Of a stretch of DNA of 36,026 nt, positions 24,741-34,377 are shown one piece after another. Position numbers and translations under genes: made by a program. The notes under the pieces were generated by a model. That model was not told the DNA's origin, did no database searches, and saw only the letters and a list, made by a program, of their open reading frames with translations. The stretch is from a virus (Duplodnaviria > Caudoviricetes): IMG/VR virus record IMGVR_UViG_3300023107_000008, positions 1-36,026 of that record, one strand, 5' to 3'. Within the stretch, counting starts at the first letter, position 1; every line of letters starts with the position of its first letter.

Positions 24741-27425
24741 CTAGGTTGGTGCAATAGGTATATTTTCTACTTCTTGAGACAAGAGATTACGCTTAATTTC
24801 TTCAAGACGTTTTGTTTCTCCTGGAACAGTTATGTCAAGATCTAAGGTAATAACATGTTTTTCTTTCTTGATATTAACAATCTGAAGTAGCAAGCTGTCA
24901 ACAAATGATCCAAAGTTTTTTAATGCAACCATTTGTCCAAGGCGAATAGTCTCAATGTCATAAACTGTATCGTTAATAGATAGAGTAGTCCTATATCGTG
25001 GCTCTTTGAACTCATTTATCCTATTTTGGCTAAGAATCTGAGCTGATGTTACAAGAGATACACGGGAGTCTGAAAGTCGTTCAAGCCCTGGTCGATATGA
25101 CGCTTGAGATGCAGTATCTTCATAATATTTAAATAGTTTAATACCTGTTCCTGAGTTCTCTTGACCCACAAAGTATACTTGGTTAACAAGTTGAGTGATT
25201 GTCTTACGAAGATTCATCTCACCGATATGCTGCTCGTAATAGAAGGTATGATGAGCAGATAGAGCCTTTTTAAGCTGATATTGAATGTTCTCTCCTGGAT
25301 CTACATATTGGTAATATCCAGTTGGGAGAAGTTCTACTACTTTATCTTGTACTTCCCTGATAGTCTGGAGAACAAAATCATAAGGAGCAGTCTCACCAGA
25401 AAGAGGCATAGACAGGTTAGTGTATGTTACTTTACCACCTTGAGCGATGTATCTATCCATCGCATCTCTTGCCATCTGAATAGGGTCTACAGTGCTTCCA
25501 TAAGATATGGTAGTATTCCCACCACTTGTATCAAAGATATAGTGACTCATTTCTGTTGCATGAGGAACAACTGTAGCGTTCACACCTACTGTTTTTCCGT
25601 AGCTTAATTCATAGTCAGCAATATAGCCTGAATAAACAACTTTTCCATTCGGAGCGCCTGTTTGAACAAGGATAATTTCGTTATTCTCATCTGTTATTGG
25701 ACTCGAAAACTCATCGAGTAGTGCTTCATATCCACCATAAAACGCTACAACCTGAACATTGTAATTAAGATCTATGTCAGTTCCAGGGCCAACTGCATTA
25801 GCTGTCGTTGTTTGAACTGTTATAACACTGCCGTTCTCATCTGTTATTGGATTACTAGAAGCATCTAACAGAGGTGAGTAAGTCACAACTCGATTGTCTG
25901 GGGAGCGAGATACTTTTAGAACAAGCTCTGAAGCATTCTGATTTATCGCCTGAGTATAGCTAAACTCTGTATTATCATCTTTAAGAACTGCTATAAAGTT
26001 ATTGTTATGATCGAATATACGGACTTCGTAGTCCTTTTGGGGAAGTATTTGATACTCAGTTAATACTGTTCCCTTGCCACCACCGTATGCACCACTAGAT
26101 AGTGCCATGACTGCTGTTTCAGATATGAAGTTAGTGTCACCAAACCCGTATTCAATCTGAGCTAGGTTAATAAAATACTGTTTCAGAGTGACCGTTATAT
26201 AGCCTGTCTTAGTTATTGAGTTTGAACCTGCACCATTTGTTGCAGTGAGGGATACGTTATATGTTCCAGGAGTCATGTAAGTCTTAACAGGGTTTTGCAG
26301 CGTTGAGGTTGTTGCATCTCCAAATGTCCATGCCCATGATGTTGGCCCATTCGTCGATAGATCGGTGAAAGTTACTATAAGGTCATTATCTCCGCTAACT
26401 GGAGTAGCTGAAAAGTCTGCTACTGGAACAGGCGGTGCGAATACCCAACCTGTGTTAAACCCGCCGTCAGTTGAAGTATTGTCTGCAAAGAATGAAGCAC
26501 CACCGATAGCCCGAGAACCTTTTATTGTCACTCCAGTCACAGATACAGTTCCTGATGGCTTACTTATAAAGTGCTGGTTACTACCGCCCCCGTTAGTAAG
26601 TATTGATGATCCAGTACCCACAGTGAATATATTAGATATAGTCTGGGTTAAACCTGATTCGAAAAGGACGACCGTATTAGCATCAATCACAATGTTATGA
26701 TAAAAATTACCACCAAATACGTTTCTTGTTGCACCTGTTAAGAATCGTACATCATAGAAAGTCTTTCCATTACCCGTAAAGAAACCGCTAGATATAATGC
26801 TTGAAGTACCTGCGTTAAAAGTTACGCCACTACCGACAGAAAAACTGTTAGCATTTGAGATAACAGAAGCACCTAAGCTGGCAGTAGAAGCACCTCCGCC
26901 CGTTCCCAAGACAAAACTTGCAGAGCCATCGTATCCATTAGTATTTAATGTACCAGAGCTCATTGATAAATTAAATATAAAGAACTTGGACTGGAAGTTT
27001 ACCGTAGCCCCTGAAACCGAGACAGCATATAAAGAATAGTTAGTTGATGGGGGGCTTCCAGTCCCTGTTGATTCGGGTTGGCTGAAATTCGCAGTGACTC
27101 CTGTAGTGAAGTTAATAAAAATATTAGTATTAGTATATAGTTTTGATGTAAGGAAGTCCCCATACATATTTATAGTTGCTGAACTAAGGCTTATATCTTT
27201 ATAAATTGAAAGATTAAAGTTTATTGCTGAACAGTTAAAACTTTTTGCTGCACTTGAGTTAGTCGTTAATGTGACTATTGAATTGGCGGTTAATGAGCTT
27301 GCATTAAATATAACATCGTCTGCTGAGGTTGGAACGGAAGCACCACCAGAACCACCTGAAGTAGTAGACCAGTGTGAAGTATCAGTCCAGTTCCCCGAAT
27401 TGCCAATCCAGTAGCGGTTAGCCAT
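24741..27425 (-). CDS. Tail tip protein: N-terminal beta-rich region, PKD domain, C-terminal hub-like region
   Basis: RYW.G.SGNW.DT.HWS start; PVADFS...FTDLST.GPTSWAWTFGD...GTYNVSLT PKD signature. Confidence 0.75.
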   Translation of the reverse strand: MANRYWIGNSGNWTDTSHWSTTSGGSGGASVPTSADDVIFNASSLTANSIVTLTTNSSAAKSFNCSAINFNLSIYKDISLSSATINMYGDFLTSKLYTNTNIFINFTTGVTANFSQPESTGTGSPPSTNYSLYAVSVSGATVNFQSKFFIFNLSMSSGTLNTNGYDGSASFVLGTGGGASTASLGASVISNANSFSVGSGVTFNAGTSSIISSGFFTGNGKTFYDVRFLTGATRNVFGGNFYHNIVIDANTVVLFESGLTQTISNIFTVGTGSSILTNGGGSNQHFISKPSGTVSVTGVTIKGSRAIGGASFFADNTSTDGGFNTGWVFAPPVPVADFSATPVSGDNDLIVTFTDLSTNGPTSWAWTFGDATTSTLQNPVKTYMTPGTYNVSLTATNGAGSNSITKTGYITVTLKQYFINLAQIEYGFGDTNFISETAVMALSSGAYGGGKGTVLTEYQILPQKDYEVRIFDHNNNFIAVLKDDNTEFSYTQAINQNASELVLKVSRSPDNRVVTYSPLLDASSNPITDENGSVITVQTTTANAVGPGTDIDLNYNVQVVAFYGGYEALLDEFSSPITDENNEIILVQTGAPNGKVVYSGYIADYELSYGKTVGVNATVVPHATEMSHYIFDTSGGNTTISYGSTVDPIQMARDAMDRYIAQGGKVTYTNLSMPLSGETAPYDFVLQTIREVQDKVVELLPTGYYQYVDPGENIQYQLKKALSAHHTFYYEQHIGEMNLRKTITQLVNQVYFVGQENSGTGIKLFKYYEDTASQASYRPGLERLSDSRVSLVTSAQILSQNRINEFKEPRYRTTLSINDTVYDIETIRLGQMVALKNFGSFVDSLLLQIVNIKKEKHVITLDLDITVPGETKRLEEIKRNLLSQEVENIPIAPT

Positions 27426-27428
27426 GGT

Positions 27429-27791
27429 TTATGCTCCTAGTTCAAAGCTATAACTTATCGTAAGACTGTTTGTGTTTACGTCTGCCTGAAACGAACTATC
27501 TAACGCTTTATCATCAATCAAGACTCCCGCACTGTATACTCCATAAGCGACAATCACTTGAGATGTAGGTAAATTGCTAAATACAGCTGAAGAGCTTGTT
27601 TGTACCTTTTTGGCTGAAGGAGCTGAGAATGTAAGGGTTTGAGCGGCATATCCACCACCTGTTACCTCAGTACCACCTGTGCTCGGTAAGCTACCAGTAA
27701 ATAACTTTAATGTAATCGTACCACCAGTATATGTAGCACCTCTAAAAGCTGCGTTAAGCAAGTTGTTTATGAATGTGGTTGCTGCTGCCAT
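27429..27791 (-). CDS. Minor tail protein
   Basis: LFT..P...GTEVTGGGYA motif; position. Confidence 0.65.
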   Translation of the reverse strand: MAAATTFINNLLNAAFRGATYTGGTITLKLFTGSLPSTGGTEVTGGGYAAQTLTFSAPSAKKVQTSSSAVFSNLPTSQVIVAYGVYSAGVLIDDKALDSSFQADVNTNSLTISYSFELGA

Positions 27792-27800
27792 TTTTTCTCC

Positions 27801-28574
27801 TTATAAGTTTCCTGGATAGTATACTGCTGTTATCGTCACACTACGGCTGGCAAATGTATCACTATAATATAATGATCCTGCTCCTGCTTCCCATGATGGT
27901 AAACGTCCGACTGGTGGTAACAGTGTAGTTCCCTTAAATATCTGGAAGTTATCAGAATCTATTGTTAGGGTATCACTAGTGACGAAGTTTCCCGTCACAG
28001 TTATTCCGATAAAGTCCCTAGCATTACGAACTGAGACAACCCCGCCTGTTCCACCACTGACAGAACCATATTGCAACGTAATGAGTGGTCGAGCTTTTGC
28101 TGAGCCTTGTATAGTGAGTGGAATCGTAGCAGTTGAGGTAGTAACTGTCTGACTTACCATGATTACTGAACTATCTGAGATTGATTTTCCTTCAGGAACA
28201 ACAAACTGGAAACTAAAGGTTATTCTATTTAATCCTTGTGGTTCACTTATGATTATATTTTCTGGAGTAACGATAAACTTACGGGTAGAGCCAGCATGAG
28301 GGACATACAAAGGACGTTGCTGGCGGTTTAGCGCTTTAACAAGAATATCGTACATATTCTGAGCTTCTAATATGGTGTTTGGAGCATAGTACCCTGCTAT
28401 CGTAATAGGTTTTACTCCAAGAAGAGACTGAACAAGATCTGCTCCATCTCTGTTAGCTCGTGTTTCAAGTTGATTCATTCGTGGTGCGACAGTCATATAG
28501 TCTATCTCTGTAATGACAAGATTATTGTCTATAAAACTAAAACCGTCGAACACGACATCGTTCATTGGTGTCAT
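27801..28574 (-). CDS. Distal tail (Dit-like) protein
   Basis: Immediately after tape measure; typical size. Confidence 0.7.
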   Translation of the reverse strand: MTPMNDVVFDGFSFIDNNLVITEIDYMTVAPRMNQLETRANRDGADLVQSLLGVKPITIAGYYAPNTILEAQNMYDILVKALNRQQRPLYVPHAGSTRKFIVTPENIIISEPQGLNRITFSFQFVVPEGKSISDSSVIMVSQTVTTSTATIPLTIQGSAKARPLITLQYGSVSGGTGGVVSVRNARDFIGITVTGNFVTSDTLTIDSDNFQIFKGTTLLPPVGRLPSWEAGAGSLYYSDTFASRSVTITAVYYPGNL

Positions 28575-30322
28575 TATATTCCCGATCCATAATCTGCCAG
28601 TTCTTTTTGGGTATTGAACTGTGCGTTAATTCTATCAAAGTAGGTGTTCACTGCTTCGCCACTTCCTAAGTTTATAGATCCATATTGGTTGAATACTACG
28701 CTGCCTGATCCACCTTTGGGTAGTCCAGTTGTTTGATCTACCTGATCTTTAGGAACAACATACTCTCCCTTGTGAACGACACCCGCTACTTGATTAGCTC
28801 CGCCTCTTCCTGTAAATCCACCAGTAGCAAAGCCTGGGACTTTCAAATCATGCAGTTTTCCTTTTACAGAGTTAGCAATGTTAGTTCCTATATTACTGAT
28901 GGTTGCACCAATTCTACCTATAGAATCTTGGATACCGTTAATTAATCCATCAATAATAGAGCGTCCAGCATTATACAACCAACTTCCAGCACCAGCGAAT
29001 GCTCCCACTATTCTACTTCCGAGGTTTCCTATATAACTAAAGAAGTTAGAGAAAGACCCAATAACATCAGCAATAGATTGAACCATATCATGAGTCCAGC
29101 TATAAACCGCTCCAGCCGCTCTAATTGTGAAAGAGTAAATAGCTCCCTCTACTCTGACCACCCAACCTATAAGAGTAGCGATACCTGCTATCAAAGAAGA
29201 AACGACAACTATTAAAGCTGATATAGGGACTAGCGTTGCAACAAGAATAACACCGAAAGCTTGCATGGCTAGTTTCACCCAATCAATATTTAGGCCAGTT
29301 GACTTAAAAGCATTATCAACTTCTTTCATAGCGGCTGTTATGTTATTCCATGCTGTAGTTAGTATTTGCCCTATAACATTAACTGCAACAACTAGCGAAG
29401 GATAAATGTTTGTAAGAAACCACTCAAAACCAGGCCTAACAAATTCTGCAAACCTTCCTATAGTTTGTGAAATAACGATTCCTAGTTGTGTAAAGCTAGC
29501 CATTATATCTGAAATAACTGGTTTTAAGTTTTTAAGAAGTTGCGTAGTGTTAGATAAGCCATTAACAAGTGCCTCGCCTAGACTGCCTTTGGTGAACTTA
29601 CTAGTATCTGAGTCAACACCAAGAATAGCATCTCCTATGCCTCTAAAAGCAGTTTGAAGGCGTATGCCAGCTCCTTTTATAGTATTTGCCTGACCTTCAA
29701 GAGCATCGGCTGGAATGCCTTTATCTAGTGACTTGAAAAGCTCTGAGAAGCTTATATTTGTGTTTCTAAGTGCTGGATCAAGACGATAACCAGCTTTTGT
29801 TAAGTTATCAAAGTCGTCACCAGTTAGTCTACCAGTAGAGCCAACTCTTCCTACTATCTGGTTTAAGTCCTGCCAATTTGAAAGTCCCAGTCCTACAGAT
29901 CGAGAGAGAATCTGGACATGCCCTACTAAATCGTCTGTGTTATCTCCCATTATTTTAAGACTTTGAGCTGATTCAAAGAGATCTTTTCGGTTAAATAGAA
30001 CACCTAAATCTGATCTGGCGTATTTAATAAGATTACTTAATACCGAATTTACTTTATCTCCGTTTCTTTCGTATGCTTTCAAACCAACAGTAGCTTGCTC
30101 TACGGCAGATACCTGATCCCAAGAAGCCTTGGCTGCGGCTGTAACTGCTGCTGAAAGAGCTACGCCTACGGCAATAGCGGCTCCCTTTGCAACTGAAGAT
30201 AGTTTACCAAGGGCTTCTGATCCCTTTTTGCTGGCATTATCAATATTATCGCCAACACCAGCAATCGTTTTGCTTGCCTGATCCTGAGCTTTAATTAAGA
30301 TTCTTAAAGTTTTATCGTTCAT
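28574..30322 (-). CDS. Tape measure protein
   Basis: IKAQDQAS start, helical A/G-rich body, FATGGFTG...AGVVHKGEYVVP. Confidence 0.92.
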   Translation of the reverse strand: MNDKTLRILIKAQDQASKTIAGVGDNIDNASKKGSEALGKLSSVAKGAAIAVGVALSAAVTAAAKASWDQVSAVEQATVGLKAYERNGDKVNSVLSNLIKYARSDLGVLFNRKDLFESAQSLKIMGDNTDDLVGHVQILSRSVGLGLSNWQDLNQIVGRVGSTGRLTGDDFDNLTKAGYRLDPALRNTNISFSELFKSLDKGIPADALEGQANTIKGAGIRLQTAFRGIGDAILGVDSDTSKFTKGSLGEALVNGLSNTTQLLKNLKPVISDIMASFTQLGIVISQTIGRFAEFVRPGFEWFLTNIYPSLVVAVNVIGQILTTAWNNITAAMKEVDNAFKSTGLNIDWVKLAMQAFGVILVATLVPISALIVVVSSLIAGIATLIGWVVRVEGAIYSFTIRAAGAVYSWTHDMVQSIADVIGSFSNFFSYIGNLGSRIVGAFAGAGSWLYNAGRSIIDGLINGIQDSIGRIGATISNIGTNIANSVKGKLHDLKVPGFATGGFTGRGGANQVAGVVHKGEYVVPKDQVDQTTGLPKGGSGSVVFNQYGSINLGSGEAVNTYFDRINAQFNTQKELADYGSGI

Positions 30323-30329
30323 TAAACAT

Positions 30330-30338
30330 AGGGTAACA
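30330..30338 (-). promoter_or_regulatory. Late-type motif TGTTACCCT, 7 nt before ATG (leaderless)
   Basis: No RBS between motif and start. Confidence 0.75.
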
Positions 30339-30346
30339 TATAGAGG

Positions 30347-30897
30347 TTATTTACTATGTTTCTGGTCTATCTCTTTCTTTCTAATAAGAAGTTGAATGAA
30401 CCATGTAGGCTGTTCTAAGTATTCCTGATATGTCCATCCTTGGTCATCACAAATAATAACCATGCTCATTATCTCGGTAGGTGATTTGCTTTTAAACCTG
30501 TATGCTTTATCGTAACTCTCTGAGTGAGTGTTGTATTCTCGGCGTAACCGTTCTACGCCTTCTAAGCTTTTGGGCTATATTTGTCCAAAATCTCTTGTAC
30601 AGCATCATCAATAACTTCATAATCCTCTGTACGAAGATTTTCTAATTGAGATTCAAGATTTGTTGAATCTCCATCTATAGATTGAACCAATCGCCTTACT
30701 GAGACTGCTTTACTGGCCATCACATTAGATATAGGGAAGTCTACATTTGCTCCCTCGGTACTTTGAGTCTTTGCTTTTACATCCACACCACGATAAAGAG
30801 CCTCTTCGGCTTTGAGATCATCTTTACGAGTTGTATAGTTGCGAATCACTACTAACTTTTCGCTTTTAGGTAGCTTTACTTCAATTGTATCTTCCAT
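30347..30897 (-). CDS. Tail assembly chaperone G (30562-30897) and -1 frameshifted GT product
   Basis: C_CCA_AAA at 30568-30574, hairpin 8 nt downstream, -1 frame open to 30347 with GWTYQEYLEQPTWF. Confidence 0.88.
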
Positions 30898-30927
30898 AGA
30901 ACCTTTCCTTAGTTATTATGGTCTATT

Positions 30928-31905
30928 CTAGTATGAAGTTACTGTATTTACAAGGACTGCACGTAGGGCGTAAGCATCAGCGACACTGTAATGGATCGTA
31001 CCTGTGATAGTTTCAGTAATAGGAGCATCAAGATCTTCACTCTTTGACCAGTCAGTAATATTAAACTTAGGAGCAGTGAATGTAAGACTTGGGCGAGCAG
31101 ATGTACCAATTGTAACATCAGTGTTAGTCATCGCAAGAACAACTGCGAGATCTGTGCCAGCATTATAAGCATCTTCGTAAGTTGTGTCGATATAACGACG
31201 AGTCATTTCAAATGATAGATCATATCCTCGTGAGCTGAATCCATAAGGCTCAGCACTGCCACTTTGCCAATCAGCTTCCAGATTAGGATTAACTGTTAGG
31301 GTGAAAGATTCTACAGATGCTACAGCAGATGAAGCATTAGCAACAGAAACACTTGAACCTGTTTTAACAGTGAAGTATTTAGGTACGAACTCAGGCTCAT
31401 CTGTGTATACAGGGGTAGATGCAGATGAAACACCACGCTTAGCAAGGATATTACCAGTGTGTTTTACATAATCGCCAAGTTCCATTGAAACGGTGAACTC
31501 ACCAAAACGAGCACCAGCGTACGCTTTGCTTGAGAGACTATCTTTGCGCCATAGAGTGAAAGACTGGCCATTGATATTCTCATTGATGTCTGCTGTATGG
31601 TTTTTAACGATTGTAGAAGGGTCTGCGTTTGCAGTAGTAACGATTGTACCGAAAGCACCTAGGAGTAACTGACCAGATCGGCCAGTTGTTACCTTAGATT
31701 CGAGTGAACCTTCAGCCCAGTATCGAAGAACATCAGCTTCGTTAGTTTTAACGATATTACCGTATGCTGAGGTATTAGTTACATACTCAGACATAGGGTT
31801 AAGCTCAAAGCTAAGTTGATTATGCCAGCTTGTAGCAGTTACCTGAGTTCCGAATACTGTTTCTTTACCCAAACCATATTTAACTTGTCGTCCTAAGTCA
31901 GCCAT
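30928..31905 (-). CDS. Major tail tube protein
   Basis: GLGKETVFGT N-terminal motif; upstream of chaperone. Confidence 0.85.
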   Translation of the reverse strand: MADLGRQVKYGLGKETVFGTQVTATSWHNQLSFELNPMSEYVTNTSAYGNIVKTNEADVLRYWAEGSLESKVTTGRSGQLLLGAFGTIVTTANADPSTIVKNHTADINENINGQSFTLWRKDSLSSKAYAGARFGEFTVSMELGDYVKHTGNILAKRGVSSASTPVYTDEPEFVPKYFTVKTGSSVSVANASSAVASVESFTLTVNPNLEADWQSGSAEPYGFSSRGYDLSFEMTRRYIDTTYEDAYNAGTDLAVVLAMTNTDVTIGTSARPSLTFTAPKFNITDWSKSEDLDAPITETITGTIHYSVADAYALRAVLVNTVTSY

Positions 31906-31906
31906 A

Positions 31907-32038
31907 TTATTGTTCTTTCTCCGCTAATTTAATTGCTTCTTCTTGAGTTTTAGCACGAATAGTTTTACCTAACTCTGGAAATAGAAAGTTAGTTAATTCT
32001 TCTTCAGACTGCTCATCACTAGTATTTTTCTTTGTCAT
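31907..32038 (-). CDS. 43-aa protein (not in ORF track), leaderless
   Basis: TGCTACCCT at 32046-32054, 7 nt before ATG; FLFPELGKTIRAKTQEEA. Confidence 0.7.
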   Translation of the reverse strand: MTKKNTSDEQSEEELTNFLFPELGKTIRAKTQEEAIKLAEKEQ

Positions 32039-32077
32039 TACCGTTAGGGTAGCATATAACTTAAAAAGCAACTATAT

Positions 32078-32530
32078 CTAATAGTTTCTAAAGGTTATAT
32101 CTTTCTCACAAAATAGGTTTATCTCTCCCACAAGGCCAGAACTCTTATTTAACGAAAACTTCCCTATCTCTCCAGGAACAGGCCTCATAATGTCACAGGC
32201 TTTTGTTAATCCTAGTACAGAACTGCTTAAATCAACACTTTCATCAAACATTTGGATTACTTTATCTACAATGTTGCACATTCGAGTCCATTGTTCTACC
32301 TCTGTTTCATTATTGATTAGGTAGATATAGACACTATATCGAATAACTCGGCGATTCTGAGTGACCGTTGCATAACTGCTATCTGTGCTCTGGTAAAAGT
32401 GTGTGGCACTAGGATAACCCGTAAACGATTGGCTTGATGATTCTGGAGCTGGAATAACTTCTACAAAATCTGGGTCTGTCATTGCATTTAGCAATGCCTG
32501 AACATTATCGCTTATCCCTTTTATATTCAT
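32078..32530 (-). CDS. Tail terminator/completion protein
   Basis: Position and size. Confidence 0.65.
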   Translation of the reverse strand: MNIKGISDNVQALLNAMTDPDFVEVIPAPESSSQSFTGYPSATHFYQSTDSSYATVTQNRRVIRYSVYIYLINNETEVEQWTRMCNIVDKVIQMFDESVDLSSSVLGLTKACDIMRPVPGEIGKFSLNKSSGLVGEINLFCEKDITFRNY

Positions 32531-33000
32531 TACAAACTCCTCAACATATCATCTACTGTTTTATTACCATCTCGTTCTACCTCGTCCTTAATAGATTTAA
32601 AGGCTGTATCTAAGTATGGTATTCCCTTAGTGCCTTTATTAGCAATAGAACGGGCTACTAAAAAAGGGTTAATACCTACACGTCTAGCCCAATTAGCGAG
32701 ATCACTTCCTTCTTGGTATGGTGGCATGCGTCCTGGTTTGCGTCCTTCATGGGTATAATACGCATAATCTGTCCCTGGTTTAACAGTAGCCTCTAAGAAT
32801 CCTATCTTGGTTGCGATACTATTCAGTGTTCTACCTGAAGCACCTTGGCTAGTCTTGCTTCTTAGTTCAAGTTTTGACTCACGTTCAGCTCTTAAGGCAG
32901 ATCGGGATACCCAACCCTGCAACTTAGTTGTAAATAGAATAGGAGCTTTGTTAAAAGCTGTTCTTAGTAGATCGGCGTCTGTCGTAATAGTAATATTCAT
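32530..33000 (-). CDS. Neck protein, HK97 gp10-like
   Basis: SGRTLNSI, YAYYTHEG, KGTKGIPYL..A. Confidence 0.8.
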   Translation of the reverse strand: MNITITTDADLLRTAFNKAPILFTTKLQGWVSRSALRAERESKLELRSKTSQGASGRTLNSIATKIGFLEATVKPGTDYAYYTHEGRKPGRMPPYQEGSDLANWARRVGINPFLVARSIANKGTKGIPYLDTAFKSIKDEVERDGNKTVDDMLRSL

Positions 33001-33290
33001 TTAATTTGCTCCAAAAGCACCTTGAAATGAGCTAAGTTACCGTAGTTATGCTTCTTTACACCTCTAACACCAAACTTGATACTATTCCAGACAAATTCAT
33101 CTTTCTCTTTAATATCTGTTCCGTAAGGGAAATAACCCCAACTACCCTGAGAGAAGGTATAGTTGAGTAAATCACTCGACTCGTTATCAAGTGGCTGAAT
33201 AAAACACTTAGTAGTACCAAGATCACTGTAAATGAACTGCTGACCTACCTGTGTTTGTCTTCGGATAGTACCAGTATGAAAGTATTTCAT
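32997..33290 (-). CDS. Head closure/stopper protein
   Basis: Position and size. Confidence 0.65.
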   Translation of the reverse strand: MKYFHTGTIRRQTQVGQQFIYSDLGTTKCFIQPLDNESSDLLNYTFSQGSWGYFPYGTDIKEKDEFVWNSIKFGVRGVKKHNYGNLAHFKVLLEQIK

Positions 33291-33979
33291 TAAATGTCCC
33301 TAGATAAGCGTCTGTAACCTTGCAATGTTTCAAATGCTGAAGCACTGATAGTTGGAACACCGCTTGATGATGAGCTGGAAGAGTCTCCATCTGAATAAGT
33401 TACTTGCCAGTCACCGACTTTTTCACTTTTGTATGCACCGCCACTGCTTGCGGCTGAATTAGATGAAGCTGTAATCGCACTTGCACCCATAGCTGCTGCA
33501 ATAGCACCAATAATTGATGGAACAGTAGAATATCCTAGTTTACCTGTGATCTTAATGGTAGTTTCTGGGCTGCCCCATGATCCACTTCGTTTAAGTGCCA
33601 AAATAGGGCCTGAACGTGGGTAAATAACCCATTCAGTTGAAGGTACTGTCACAAAGTTGTCTGGAAAGCCTGTAGAGGTCGCTACGGACGTTACAGAACG
33701 CATTGTTGGGATGACAAGAGTGTTACCGCCACTTCTTTCATTATAGTTATAATACCTATTAGGCCATGACCTATGGTTATTATAATTTGTATCATCTGGG
33801 CCTTGTTCGTAAACATCTACGTCAACATCTGGGCTAGGTGGTAAGAATGTAGTCCCTGTTTGTTCATTAATGTATGCGTCTATAGCTGGTAATAGTGCAT
33901 TTAGATAAGTTATCTCACTTGCTGTAAGACTCCGTTGTAAAATCGCTTCAATTGCTGCTTGATTAGTGTAGTTTGCCAT
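33290..33979 (-). CDS. Head-tail adaptor, leaderless
   Basis: GYSTVP, KSEKVGDWQVTY, L.GYRR; TGTTACCCT at 33987-33995, 7 nt before ATG. Confidence 0.8.
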   Translation of the reverse strand: MANYTNQAAIEAILQRSLTASEITYLNALLPAIDAYINEQTGTTFLPPSPDVDVDVYEQGPDDTNYNNHRSWPNRYYNYNERSGGNTLVIPTMRSVTSVATSTGFPDNFVTVPSTEWVIYPRSGPILALKRSGSWGSPETTIKITGKLGYSTVPSIIGAIAAAMGASAITASSNSAASSGGAYKSEKVGDWQVTYSDGDSSSSSSSGVPTISASAFETLQGYRRLSRDI

Positions 33980-33999
33980 TGGCTATAGGGTAACATAAT

Positions 34000-34097
34000 A
34001 AAAATCACCACGCTATTGCGTAGTGAACTCCTGTTTGATTCTGCCCCAGCAATAACACTCGGAGTTGTGTTAAAGCCCTACGGGTAACTAATATGCA
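34000..34097 (-). ncRNA. Candidate pseudoknotted small RNA with terminator
   Basis: TGGTATCCT at 34104-34112; TAACAC/GTGTTA with loop AACTCC matching GGAGTT; TCACTACGC/GCGTGGTGA plus TTTTT. Confidence 0.6.
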
Positions 34098-34112
34098 CTA
34101 ATAAGGATACCA

Positions 34113-34224
34113 CAAATAAAAGAAGAGCTATCCAAATGTAATAAGATACCTCTTTATTCTTTTATTTAGCCAGCACTACAAGCTTTCGCTTATGTACCTA
34201 TTGTACTACTTCGGGAACGTGCTG
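34113..34224 (-). ncRNA. Candidate small RNA (or 3' domain of upstream RNA)
   Basis: TGCTACAAT at 34230-34238; CAGCAC/GTGCTG closing stem; AAGC-GAAA-GCTT GNRA hairpin; terminator-like end. Confidence 0.55.
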
Positions 34225-34234
34225 TCTACATTGT

Positions 34235-34351
34235 AGCATTTAGATAGGGCATTGGCTAGCACTGTCAAACAACAAACCTTAACCCAAAAAAGTTTGCATG
34301 GGCTTGCGGCCCCCGCCTCCAATGTAATCCCTATCTACGCTTGTCAGGCAT
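34235..34351 (-). ncRNA. Candidate structured RNA
   Basis: TGTTATCCT at 34358-34366; TAGATAGGG-(ATTA)-CATTGG / CCAATG-CCCTATCTA stem; GGGC/GCCC hairpin. Confidence 0.6.
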
Positions 34352-34377
34352 ATTATTAGGATAACAAAAAAGAGCCG

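Noticed and set aside
34000-34097. Twister or other known ribozyme/riboswitch
   Set aside because: Only TAACAC resembles twister; other conserved elements absent
34160-34230. HDV-like ribozyme (TTCCCG loop, GG, stem, GGCTAA)
   Set aside because: Could not find convincing P1 and P2 pairings
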